NCBI GenBank assembly: GCA_963548315.1 | Contig: CAUUUJ010000001.1 | Location: 4,838-68,837 of the forward strand | Length of the DNA stretch: 64,000 bases | Source: an uncultured Candidatus Saccharibacteria bacterium | Lineage (GTDB): Bacteria > Patescibacteriota > Saccharimonadia > Saccharimonadales > Saccharimonadaceae | Direction: 5' to 3' | Shown: positions 10,332 through 19,809 of the stretch, in pieces | Layout of the letters: every line of letters begins with the position of its first letter | Numbering within the stretch: the stretch's first letter is position 1 | Notes under the pieces: generated by a model | What the model saw: only the letters and a program-made list of their open reading frames with translations | Database searches by the model: none | Told to the model about the DNA's origin: nothing | Program-made: the position numbers and the translations under genes

Positions 10332-11387
10332 ATGGCAAAATCAGACAGTAAAACAGTAAATCCAGAAAAGTCAAGTCAGGCATCGGATAAAAAAGTTGAC
10401 GAAGGTAAGCTTAAGGCGCTTGGTCTAGCAATGGATCAAATCACCAAGCAATTTGGCGATGGATCAATTATGAAATTGGGTGAGGCTCATAAAGTCGATG
10501 TTGAAGTAATTCCTTCTGGTGCTTTGAGCTTGGATTTGGCGCTTGGTGGCGGATATCCAAAAGGTCGTATCATAGAAATCTATGGTCCAGAAAGCTCGGG
10601 TAAGACAACATTGACGCTTCACGCTATTGCAGAAATTCAGAAGCAGGGCGGAACGGCGGCGTTTATTGATGCTGAGCACGCCCTTGATCCAGCATACGCT
10701 AAGCGTCTGGGTGTAGACACGGAAAATTTGTTGGTTTCTCAGCCAGATAACGGCGAGCAAGCGTTGGAAATTACGGAGACGTTGGTTCGTTCGAACGCGG
10801 TGGATTTGGTGATAGTTGACTCGGTGGCTGCCTTGACGCCACAGGCTGAAATTGATGGCGATATGGGCGATTCTCATATGGGTCTTCAGGCTCGATTGAT
10901 GAGTCAGGCTCTACGTAAATTGACGGGAATTATCAATAAATCAAAAGCCACGGTGATCTTTATCAATCAGATTCGTATGAAAATTGGCGTGATGTTCGGT
11001 AATCCTGAAACGACCACGGGCGGCAATGCGCTAAAGTTTTATGCATCACAGCGAATTGATATTCGTCGAATTGGTCAAATCAAAGTTGGCGATGATATTA
11101 TCGGTAACCGTACTAAAATTAAAGTAGTGAAGAATAAGATTGCGCCGCCATTCCGTATCGCTGAGTTTGACATTATGTATAATGAGGGTATTTCTAAGAC
11201 TGGCGACATCTTGGATTTGGCGGCTACGCACGGCATTGTCGAAAAATCTGGTGCCTTCTACAAATATAACGGCGAGACCATCGGTCAGGGTCGCGACAAA
11301 ACTAAATTGTATCTGAAAGAAAACCCTGAAGTCCTGGCGGAAATTGATCAGAAGGTACGCGACAAGGTAAAAGAAGCAGAAAACTAA
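10332..11387 (+). CDS. recA: Recombinase A
   Basis: [38 protein letters not shown]. Confidence 0.99.
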   Translation: MAKSDSKTVNPEKSSQASDKKVDEGKLKALGLAMDQITKQFGDGSIMKLGEAHKVDVEVIPSGALSLDLALGGGYPKGRIIEIYGPESSGKTTLTLHAIAEIQKQGGTAAFIDAEHALDPAYAKRLGVDTENLLVSQPDNGEQALEITETLVRSNAVDLVIVDSVAALTPQAEIDGDMGDSHMGLQARLMSQALRKLTGIINKSKATVIFINQIRMKIGVMFGNPETTTGGNALKFYASQRIDIRRIGQIKVGDDIIGNRTKIKVVKNKIAPPFRIAEFDIMYNEGISKTGDILDLAATHGIVEKSGAFYKYNGETIGQGRDKTKLYLKENPEVLAEIDQKVRDKVKEAEN

Positions 11388-11908
11388 TGCGCGCAGCAGA
11401 TACTGCATATCCAGTCGAAAAACATGTGGCGTCAGTCAGTCTGGTCTTTGATGATGAGCAAAACGCGTATCTTCGCGAGTTGTCAGAAACAATGAACCTT
11501 GACTTTGGTGAGTTTATCCCACACGTGACATTGATTAACGTGACTGAGCGGGATATGCCACGTCTCAAAGCAGCCGCTGCGTTGCCGTCCCTAGATAAAC
11601 TGGTGCTTGACGGTGTTAACTTCTTGCCAGATGAAGCTGGTAACTGTGTTTGGGTTGAGTTGCGCGTACAGAAAACCTCCTGGATGGTTGAAGTGCGTCG
11701 GAAGTTGCTTGAAATGCTGAATGACATTCATCCAGGGCTGGATATCGATGGATTTCGTCCACACATTACGATTGGGTGTGTCGAGGCTGGTACACTTGGC
11801 GATGTCGATATGAGTGCCATTCCGCGCCAACTGCCGGTTATTACTAAGCCGCGTGCTGCCGCTTGTTACAACGGCGTACATGGCAAAGTGGTTGAGGTGG
11901 TCGAATAG
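11387..11908 (+). CDS. 2H phosphoesterase (2'-5' RNA ligase superfamily)
   Basis: Two HxT motifs, PHVTL and PHITI; TAATG overlap with recA. Confidence 0.8.
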   Translation: MRAADTAYPVEKHVASVSLVFDDEQNAYLRELSETMNLDFGEFIPHVTLINVTERDMPRLKAAAALPSLDKLVLDGVNFLPDEAGNCVWVELRVQKTSWMVEVRRKLLEMLNDIHPGLDIDGFRPHITIGCVEAGTLGDVDMSAIPRQLPVITKPRAAACYNGVHGKVVEVVE

Positions 11909-11951
11909 TCCACCAGTAGCTAGCGTATAGTTTTAGCGCTATAATAGTTTT

Positions 11952-12605
11952 ATGAAAATCACCGATATTTCTCTTCAGACTCGTGATAAAAATCGTGTCA
12001 ATGTAAGTGTTGACGGGAAATATCGTTTTAGCTTGGATGTTTTTCAGGTCGGTGAATTGGGTGTTAAAATTGGTCGTGAATATACTGAGGCTGAGCTTGC
12101 TTCGCTGGAGGAGGACAGCCAGTTTGGCAAATTGTATTCTCGAGCGATAGAGTACTGCCTGGTTCGTCCGCGAGCCATCAAAGAAGTGCGCGATTACCTG
12201 CGTCGGAAAACACTAGCGACTCGTCGACGTTCGGCGAAAACTGGAAAAATTATTGAGCGTCCTGGAGTGAAGCCAGAGATTACTGAGCGCGTCTTGGATC
12301 GTCTTATTGAGAAAAAATATTTGGACGATGAAAAATTTGCTCGATTTTGGTTTGAACAGCGGTTCATGAAAAAAGGTGCCAGTATTCGTCGTTTGAAATT
12401 GGAACTGGCGCAAAAGGGAATTGATAATGCAACAATTGAGTCGTTAGTTAAAGAGAATATTCGCTCTGATGACGAGGAATTGCGGAAGGTTATTGCTAAA
12501 AAACGTTATCGATATAACGACCAGCAGAAGTTTATGCAATATTTGGCTAGGCAGGGTTTTTCTTACGACGACATTAAGAAGGCTCTTGAAAACCCAAAAG
12601 ATTAA
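11952..12605 (+). CDS. recX: RecX family regulator
   Basis: MKITDI..Q..RVNVSVDG, YLDDEKFAR, YLARQGFSY; downstream of recA. Confidence 0.9.
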   Translation: MKITDISLQTRDKNRVNVSVDGKYRFSLDVFQVGELGVKIGREYTEAELASLEEDSQFGKLYSRAIEYCLVRPRAIKEVRDYLRRKTLATRRRSAKTGKIIERPGVKPEITERVLDRLIEKKYLDDEKFARFWFEQRFMKKGASIRRLKLELAQKGIDNATIESLVKENIRSDDEELRKVIAKKRYRYNDQQKFMQYLARQGFSYDDIKKALENPKD

Positions 12606-13189
12606 TCAACTTTTGTAGGTTCTGGTTGTGGACGAGGCTGCTTACGGAATGGATTTTCGTATGAATTTATCTGCGGAATAGGTGTTTTTTCGGCTATGTG
12701 TGAGATAGTTGCTGATTTTACAATTATTTTATCGTCGGTTACTTTTATAATCTGAGAACGATGAATAAGTAGCTCTGTGTCGCCAAAACTTTTCAAGAAC
12801 GGTCGCCGAATTCGGAGTTGTTGTATAATAAAATTCCCAGCCGCCAGTGTGTATCCGATAACTTTTCCGATTTTCTTATTTTTTTCATCAATAACCAACT
12901 TGTCTTTTAATGCAAAATTGATTTCATAAATTTCTTTTATAGTAATCACGTCATCAATTCCTATAATCTCATCGGTTGAATCGATAATCATACCGAGTGG
13001 TCCAATCTCCCTGACATCGTCAATACGAAGTAAACTAGGTTGCTGGTCTAAAAGTCGTCCTTCAAGTTCATATGCGATTATAGATAGATTCTTCGGATTG
13101 ATAATTTCCCGCGATGTTCGCGCCAGTTCAGAGCCCGTCTGAAGACTCATGACGGGAATATCAAGAAAGCGATCTGCGGATATAAGCAT
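12602..13189 (-). CDS. PRC-barrel domain protein
   Basis: Two PRC-like repeats (PVMSLQTGSEL; LVIDEKNKKIGKV). Confidence 0.65.
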   Translation of the reverse strand: MLISADRFLDIPVMSLQTGSELARTSREIINPKNLSIIAYELEGRLLDQQPSLLRIDDVREIGPLGMIIDSTDEIIGIDDVITIKEIYEINFALKDKLVIDEKNKKIGKVIGYTLAAGNFIIQQLRIRRPFLKSFGDTELLIHRSQIIKVTDDKIIVKSATISHIAEKTPIPQINSYENPFRKQPRPQPEPTKVD

Positions 13190-13213
13190 AACTATATTAT
13201 AAACGGTTGTATT

Positions 13214-13498
13214 CTATTCGGCAAACGGATTGGAGCGACCAGCCGGCAGACTAAACGAGTCGTTTGCTGAAGTTGATGGTCGAAAATCTTTAATCACTTT
13301 CATGGTTTTTTTGTCAAAACTTATTGATGCGGTTTGTGGTTCTTCAGTAGGAACTGCTAAAAGTCCGCTCAAAAGAAATATCGCGATTGCTACGCCTCCG
13401 ATTACGACAACGCTATATATTATCACATGAAATCGCCACAGGAATTTGGATAGTGATTTTACGATTGGCTCGAGTTGTTCTGATATTGATGGACTCAT
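13214..13498 (-). CDS. Small membrane protein ending the pil operon (PilP position)
   Basis: One TM, C-terminal GRSNPF; overlaps the pilO-like gene. Confidence 0.6.
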   Translation of the reverse strand: MSPSISEQLEPIVKSLSKFLWRFHVIIYSVVVIGGVAIAIFLLSGLLAVPTEEPQTASISFDKKTMKVIKDFRPSTSANDSFSLPAGRSNPFAE

Positions 13499-14088
13499 CG
13501 TGTATAAACCTTTACTTCAAGTGATTGGATTGATATTTCATGATTATTTGCGCCTCTGGAAATTGACACACCTGAAAGCTGCATTCGAGTGACATTTTTT
13601 TCAATAAGACTAAGGAAGTGTAGGAATTTCGTGTAATCTATATGATCTCCCAATTGAATTGACACGAAAGTGCTTTTCACTCCAGCGGGGCTGGTGGATG
13701 TTTGCTTGCTAGATGTCGCCGTCTTAACAGAGACTGTTGGTTCATTTTGGAAAGAGAAAGATTTAATCGGAATGCCAGCGCGGTCAGCGTAGGTATTTAA
13801 ATCCTGAATAATCTGATTCTGATATTGATAAAGTTTCGATTCTGAGACGATATTCTTTGCTTTTTTAACTGTGTCGGAATTGCGGTCGAGCTGAGATTTC
13901 GACGCTAGTAAACTTTGTATTTTTGCGTCAACTGCAGTTGCTTCGGTCTGCATTCTTCCGACTTCTTCTGATGTTTTGCTTAGGAATGAATAGGCGAAAA
14001 TAACTAGTCCTACCATTGCTGATAATATTATGAGCAATAATAACGACAGGACAATTCGCGCAATACTGGCATTTAGAACTTTTTTCAT
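13495..14088 (-). CDS. pilO: PilO-like T4P assembly protein
   Basis: TM + coiled coil + YTKFLHFLSLIEKNVTRMQL; follows pilN. Confidence 0.65.
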   Translation of the reverse strand: MKKVLNASIARIVLSLLLLIILSAMVGLVIFAYSFLSKTSEEVGRMQTEATAVDAKIQSLLASKSQLDRNSDTVKKAKNIVSESKLYQYQNQIIQDLNTYADRAGIPIKSFSFQNEPTVSVKTATSSKQTSTSPAGVKSTFVSIQLGDHIDYTKFLHFLSLIEKNVTRMQLSGVSISRGANNHEISIQSLEVKVYTR

Positions 14089-14660
14089 TGCTTTAAGACC
14101 TCTGGCTTTGGTGTAACGCTAATTGTTATAGTGATTGGATAATCTGCAGGCTTGTCTGGCGATTGGTTGCCGCCGCTATAAACAACAGTCTCCAGGTGAA
14201 CGTCGCTAAATATCTCTGATTTTTCTAAGCTAGTTTTTATTCGGATGGCGTCATCCTTATTCTTTCCGAGAGCTGTCAATGACAATGGTTTATCTAACGC
14301 TGAAGTGTCTAGTGTCAGAGAGTCCAAAACCACACCTGATGGAATGTACTGTGCAATTTTTGGGATAATTGTAGAGTAATGAGCTTCGTTGCTAATGATC
14401 GCCTTAGCCGAGTCGAGGTCTTTCTTAAACTCGCTAACTTCTTTTTGCGTCGATTGGTATTGAGCAAGTTTGGCGTTTCCTTCGTCGATGTTAGCTTGAG
14501 CTGAGGTGCGGCTATTTTCTAAGAATAGATAAAATCCGCCAATAGTTAAGAATAGCAAACCTGCAAATATCAATGATATGATGCAGTATCGCCTTAAGAT
14601 GACATTTACTCGTCCGGCGTTGATTTGCTTTTTTTCTTGAGGAGGGAGAAGGTTAATCAT
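14085..14660 (-). CDS. pilN: PilN-like T4P assembly protein
   Basis: MINLLP motif, TM, IPSGVVLDSL. Confidence 0.85.
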   Translation of the reverse strand: MINLLPPQEKKQINAGRVNVILRRYCIISLIFAGLLFLTIGGFYLFLENSRTSAQANIDEGNAKLAQYQSTQKEVSEFKKDLDSAKAIISNEAHYSTIIPKIAQYIPSGVVLDSLTLDTSALDKPLSLTALGKNKDDAIRIKTSLEKSEIFSDVHLETVVYSGGNQSPDKPADYPITITISVTPKPEVLKQ

Positions 14661-15705
14661 AAATATCCTCCTGCTTGATTAAGGCTAGTCCCGCAACTGG
14701 TGATAGCTGGGAGCGAAGCTGTTTTGCCGGCTGCTCTAGTCCATCGAAATTGAGCATTTGCCACGGACTTGCCACGCGCGCTGGCATTAATAACTCGTTT
14801 GTGAAAAAATCACCAATTCCTGGAAGATTGCCGCCGCCGCCAACTATGAGAATTTGCTCGATTTTTTTCTCATCAGGGAAGCGGTCTGTGTAATATCGCA
14901 TAACGCGCTTAACTTCGTTGGTCATTTTTTCCAAACTTGGGTGCAAGGCCCCTGCGATTCTGGCTTGCCTTGGGCCGGGATTTAATCCGTTTAATACCTT
15001 AAATTGATGAGCTGTTTCAATTGGTACATTCATTTTTTTAGCTAAATTTAAGGTGAGTGAATAGCCGCCAACATTTAATCCGCCCGTCACACGTATATCA
15101 GAATCTAGAATTGCAATATCTGTAGTTGATGTGCCTATATCGACGATAACAGTAGGGAGCATTCCTTCTTCTGTGCGCTTCAGAAGTCTAGCGATTGCGC
15201 TGATGTTTGGCTCAATTATTGCAACTTCCAGGCCGCATTGTTTTGTGGCATCCAGCATACTGTCGATCATTTTCTTCGGTGCGGCACACATTAGTACACT
15301 AAGTTCATCTTTCGTGCGATTAATGATTCGATAGTCCAAATAAAGAGAATCTAATGGAGCTGGAATGTATTGTTCGGCTTCCAAATTTACCGCACTGCGA
15401 ATATTGCTTTCTTCTTTTACAGGTAGGCTAAATGTTCGCGAGAATGTTCGGTTGGTTGGTATGCCCAGCGCTACGCGGTTGCTATTAATTTGTCCTACGA
15501 TGTTTTTCTTCAATAATGTTTTGATATTCTGCGCTAAATATTCAGTGTTGTCTGCAGAATTTCCGTCGCTTTTTTGAGAATCGAGGTTGATCGATCCATA
15601 TCCATGAACCAGCATCCGATTTCTGTCAATCGACATTACTTTTATGCTTGTTCGGCTGATATCTAGGCCGATAATTGGTTTTTTTCTATAAAATATGCTC
15701 GACAC
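14653..15705 (-). CDS. pilM: PilM actin-like T4P assembly protein
   Basis: IGLDIS, EAEQYIP, VDIGTSTT, VGGGGNLPG. Confidence 0.9.
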   Translation of the reverse strand: MSSIFYRKKPIIGLDISRTSIKVMSIDRNRMLVHGYGSINLDSQKSDGNSADNTEYLAQNIKTLLKKNIVGQINSNRVALGIPTNRTFSRTFSLPVKEESNIRSAVNLEAEQYIPAPLDSLYLDYRIINRTKDELSVLMCAAPKKMIDSMLDATKQCGLEVAIIEPNISAIARLLKRTEEGMLPTVIVDIGTSTTDIAILDSDIRVTGGLNVGGYSLTLNLAKKMNVPIETAHQFKVLNGLNPGPRQARIAGALHPSLEKMTNEVKRVMRYYTDRFPDEKKIEQILIVGGGGNLPGIGDFFTNELLMPARVASPWQMLNFDGLEQPAKQLRSQLSPVAGLALIKQEDIYD

Positions 15706-15762
15706 GTTATTATTTTCCCACCTATATATCGGTATTATAGCATAAGCTTTTTTGAAAAACTA

Positions 15763-16989
15763 TTATTCCTTAACTTGACCCGCCATACTTGTAATTGGAC
15801 CCATAACACTGACCGCCACCAGGGCAATAACAACACCCATAGCAACGATCATCACCGGCTCGATAATAGAGCTAACGCCGTCAATCGCGGTATCGACCTC
15901 TTCCTCGTAAAAGTCAGCGACTTTAACCAGAACTTTGTCTGTTTGTCCAGTTTCTTCACCGACAGACAACATCTGTGCTACGATTGGCGGATATAAATCG
16001 TCCTGCTCTGCGATAATTTTTGATAAAACTTCACCGTTTTGGACTCGCCTGGTGGCTTCTTTTAGGGATTTTTCGTAAGCGACATTTCCGACGGCGCGCG
16101 AAGTTACATCTAGCGCTTCAAGCACAGCCACGCCCGCACCGATAAGAGCAGAGAAGGTTCGAGTAAAGCGGGCGATTGCCACTTTTTTAACAATTGGACC
16201 GACAGCTGGAACTTTGATGATGATATTGTGAAATTTTACGCGACCTTTTGGAGTTTTAATGTAGCGAATTAATAGCCAAATACTTCCGGCAAATATTGGA
16301 ATGATTATATACCAAAACGACACTACAAAATCGCTAATTCCGAGCATAATCTCAGTAAGCATTGGTAGTTTAGCGTCGGGTCCGCCCATGTCTTTAATGG
16401 TTTTTCCGATAACTGGAATAATGAAAATCATCAGGATGAAGAAGGCGATAATCGTAATGATTAAAAGTACGATCGGGTATGTCATGGCGCCTTTAATTTT
16501 TTTCTTCATGGATGAGTTTTTTTCCTGCTGAAGGGCTAGGCGCTTTAAGATGTCATCCAAAATACCTCCAGTTTCACCTGCAGCAACCATGTTTACGTAA
16601 ATATCATTGAAGGTTTCTGGGTGTTTACTCAGGGCATCCGCGAAAGACATACCGCCTTCAATATCTTTAATCACGGCGTTGATCGTGTCTCGAAAATTGG
16701 CGCTTTCGGCGTGTTTTGCCATAGAGTTAAGGGAACGAAGAATAGGAACGCCAGCTGAAACCATGGCGCTTAATTGACGAGTAAACATTACCAATTCTTC
16801 AGTCTTGGCGCCTTTCTTTTTCTTGCCGAAAGAAAAACTAAGCTCTTTTTTTGCGCCTTTTTCTTCAATTTTTATCAATTGTCCGCGTGACCTCAAATTA
16901 TTAATGGCAGATAGTTTGTCGGCTGCTTCAATCGTTGAAGAGACGGTCTCTTTCTTTTTATTGACAAGCAAATATTCAAAAATTGGCAT
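15763..16989 (-). CDS. pilC: T4P platform protein PilC (T2SS F family)
   Basis: FTRQLSAMVSAGVP, AGETGG, VGEETG, IEP. Confidence 0.93.
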   Translation of the reverse strand: MPIFEYLLVNKKKETVSSTIEAADKLSAINNLRSRGQLIKIEEKGAKKELSFSFGKKKKGAKTEELVMFTRQLSAMVSAGVPILRSLNSMAKHAESANFRDTINAVIKDIEGGMSFADALSKHPETFNDIYVNMVAAGETGGILDDILKRLALQQEKNSSMKKKIKGAMTYPIVLLIITIIAFFILMIFIIPVIGKTIKDMGGPDAKLPMLTEIMLGISDFVVSFWYIIIPIFAGSIWLLIRYIKTPKGRVKFHNIIIKVPAVGPIVKKVAIARFTRTFSALIGAGVAVLEALDVTSRAVGNVAYEKSLKEATRRVQNGEVLSKIIAEQDDLYPPIVAQMLSVGEETGQTDKVLVKVADFYEEEVDTAIDGVSSIIEPVMIVAMGVVIALVAVSVMGPITSMAGQVKE

Positions 16990-16993
16990 AATA

Positions 16994-18772
16994 TTACTCC
17001 CTTGTTGCCCTCAAAACTTCGTCCACGGTGGTGATCCCGCGCAGTGATTTAATAAGTCCGTCCATCTGCATTGTCACCATGCCTTCGGAAATCGCTTGAT
17101 CTTGAATATCGTTGCTGGTGGCGTTGGCAGTAATCATTTTTTGGATAGGGATGGAAATGCCAAGAACCTCGTAAATGCCAACACGCCCCTTGAATCCATT
17201 ATGTCCACATTCATCACAGCCTTCTGGGTTCGGCTTCCATAATCGTTCAATTCCTGAATCGGTTGATCCCATGGGCGTGTCGCCGCCAATTTTATCCTCA
17301 AAAGCCTGTTCTTCGAGATTGTGAATTTTTTTAATCGACTCAGTGTTTATCTTAAACATCTCGGTGATATACTTTATTTCTTCTTCGTTTGGAGTGTATT
17401 CTTGGCGGCAATTCATACACAGGCGCCTAACTAGTCGCTGTCCAATCACCGCTTTTACGGTTGAAGCAATTAAGAACGGCTCGATTCCCATATCCAGCAG
17501 ACGTGGCAAACATGTTGCAGCGTTATTTGTGTGTAGAGTGGAGAACACCAAGTGTCCAGTTAGCGCCGCTTGAACACCAAGGTTTGCGGTTTCGCCGTCG
17601 CGAATTTCTCCGACCATGATGATATTTGGGTCTTGACGAAGTAGCGCCCTTAGTCCTGAAGCGAAGGTCATCCCGGCCTTGGCGTTGGTCTGGGTTTGAT
17701 TGACCCCTGGGATTTTATATTCTACTGGGTCTTCAATTGTGGAAATATTGACATCTGGAGTATTAAGTTCAGACAAGACGCTAAACAAACTGGTCGATTT
17801 TCCCGATCCGGTTGGTCCAGTCACCAGGATCATTCCGTTCGGCTGAGCCATTGCGTCTTTTACGGTCGCGAGCGACAGTCCCCAATAGCCAAGCTGATCC
17901 AGCTTAACGGCCTGGTTCGATTCGTCCAAAATACGCATAACCACTTTTTCACCGTCAGCGATTGGCAATGTCGAAACACGAAGCGCGTATTGTTTTCCTG
18001 AAACTTTTATCTTAAATCGACCGTCCTGTGGCACGCGGCGTTCGTCGATTTTCAGATTGGAGAGAATTTTAATGCGGCTCACCAAAGCGCCGTGAACATT
18101 TCGTGGCAATTTGTTAACTTCCTTCAAAACACCGTCAATTCGATAACGAACCTGAACGTAATCCTCGCGTGGCTCAATGTGAATGTCAGAAGCGTTGGAT
18201 TTTATGGCATATTCCAGTAACAAATTAACAGTTTGGGCAATTGGTGAATTTTCCGCAAAATCATCTTGGCTAACGTTTTGGTCTTCTGCGGACGTGTCTT
18301 TTTGTACCGCAATGACTTCATCAAGCTCGGCGTTAATATTGCCGCGATAATTTTCCAAACAGTCCAAAATGTTACTTTTTGTCGCTAGGAAAACCTTAGT
18401 GTTGTAGCCAATTTCTTTCTGAATAAAGTTCAACGCCTGCACGTCGTCTGGATCTTCCATCGCAAGCGACAAGCTGTCATCTTCATTTTTCTCAAAAAGC
18501 ACAACATTATATTGGCGTGCGATATGTTCAGGAATTCGTTTCAATACATCTTCGGGAATATCCTTTGGCTCAATTCGCACGAAAGGCACACCGATATAAT
18601 CGCCGATCAACTTTGTCAAATCTTCCTCAGAAATGACTTTTTGTTCAATAGTGGTCTCTTGCAATGTTTGCTTCGACCGTTCAGCGATCAATTTCAAATC
18701 AGCAAGCTGCGGCTCATCAACAACCCCACCTTGTTTCAGAATGCTCTCAATTGTCTGGTCTGAAACACGCAT
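16994..18772 (-). CDS. pilB: T4P assembly ATPase PilB (GspE/PulE family)
   Basis: ASDIHIEP, GPTGSGKST, LRQDPNIIMVGEIRD, STLHTN, Cys tetrad. Confidence 0.95.
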   Translation of the reverse strand: MRVSDQTIESILKQGGVVDEPQLADLKLIAERSKQTLQETTIEQKVISEEDLTKLIGDYIGVPFVRIEPKDIPEDVLKRIPEHIARQYNVVLFEKNEDDSLSLAMEDPDDVQALNFIQKEIGYNTKVFLATKSNILDCLENYRGNINAELDEVIAVQKDTSAEDQNVSQDDFAENSPIAQTVNLLLEYAIKSNASDIHIEPREDYVQVRYRIDGVLKEVNKLPRNVHGALVSRIKILSNLKIDERRVPQDGRFKIKVSGKQYALRVSTLPIADGEKVVMRILDESNQAVKLDQLGYWGLSLATVKDAMAQPNGMILVTGPTGSGKSTSLFSVLSELNTPDVNISTIEDPVEYKIPGVNQTQTNAKAGMTFASGLRALLRQDPNIIMVGEIRDGETANLGVQAALTGHLVFSTLHTNNAATCLPRLLDMGIEPFLIASTVKAVIGQRLVRRLCMNCRQEYTPNEEEIKYITEMFKINTESIKKIHNLEEQAFEDKIGGDTPMGSTDSGIERLWKPNPEGCDECGHNGFKGRVGIYEVLGISIPIQKMITANATSNDIQDQAISEGMVTMQMDGLIKSLRGITTVDEVLRATRE

Positions 18773-18832
18773 AACTCTTATGTTTATTGTACTATTATCG
18801 CCAAAAAAAAGCTAGCATAGTATAATATAAGA

Positions 18833-19291
18833 GTGAATATTTCTAGTGAAGAGAAAATGCGAGAATTGGGCGCGGCAATTGGTCGGGCTGTTTCTGGCGG
18901 GGAAGTGCTGGAATTGGTCGGTGATATTGGCGCGGGGAAAACCACATTGACGAAGGGAATTGCGCGGGCTTTAGAGATCAATGAGCCAGTTCAAAGTCCA
19001 ACTTTCACTATTTCACGCGTGTACGATTCACCTCGCGGTCTGAGTTTGGCGCATTACGATTTTTATAGATTGGGAAATGCTGGAATTATGAGCGAGGAGA
19101 TTCGCGAAGTGGCGGCTTCTAATTCGGTGGTTGTAGTTGAATGGGCTGGCGCTGTTGACGATGCATTGCCGAGCGATCGGTTGGTGATAAAAATTACTGC
19201 GATTAGCGAAGAAGGGCGGCTTGTGGAATTTTATCCTGGCGGCAAAAAATCTGATGAACTTTTGGGAAAAATAAAGGAGAATATGGCGTGA
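18833..19291 (+). CDS. tsaE: t6A biosynthesis ATPase TsaE
   Basis: GDIGAGKTT, VQSPTF, HYDFYRL, VVEW. Confidence 0.95.
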   Translation: MNISSEEKMRELGAAIGRAVSGGEVLELVGDIGAGKTTLTKGIARALEINEPVQSPTFTISRVYDSPRGLSLAHYDFYRLGNAGIMSEEIREVAASNSVVVVEWAGAVDDALPSDRLVIKITAISEEGRLVEFYPGGKKSDELLGKIKENMA

Positions 19292-19662
19292 TAATTTTAT
19301 TGGACACTTCAACATCAACATGTTTTTTGACAATAGTCAATGGAGAAAATCGTCAGGATTTTGAATGGGAAGCTGGGCGAACGTTGGCGCGGAATTTGTT
19401 GAAATTTTTGGAAGAAAAGACTGGCGATTTGCATCTGATAAGCGGCATTGGCGTGATGAAAGGACCAGGAAGTTTTACGGGGTTGAGAATTGGTTTGACG
19501 GTTGTGAATACCTTGGCGGACAGCTTGAATATTCCTATTGTTGGTGTGATGGGTGACAATTGGCATGATTTGGCTTTGGGCAAATTGCGTTCTGGCGAGA
19601 ATGAAAAAATTGTTATGCCAGAGTACGGTGCTGCTGCGAATATCACTGCGCCGCGAAAATAA
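19288..19662 (+). CDS. tsaB: t6A biosynthesis protein TsaB (short form)
   Basis: LDTS, GPGSFTGLRIG; only 124 aa. Confidence 0.9.
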   Translation: MIILLDTSTSTCFLTIVNGENRQDFEWEAGRTLARNLLKFLEEKTGDLHLISGIGVMKGPGSFTGLRIGLTVVNTLADSLNIPIVGVMGDNWHDLALGKLRSGENEKIVMPEYGAAANITAPRK

Positions 19663-19809
19663 TTTTTATCGCCCAAACCGTCAAAACCGTGTATAATTAA
19701 ATTACGGCGGTTTGTGATTTTTGATTCGCCGAATTAGATAGTTTGAAGTTGATTGGCTGTTGATATTTTTCCCTGAGACGAACACTCAGGGGCGGCTGAT
19801 CGGAAAGGA

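Noticed and set aside
19288..19662. tsaB as a pseudogene
   Set aside because: Clean ORF with the key motif intact and coupled to tsaE; shortness fits streamlining
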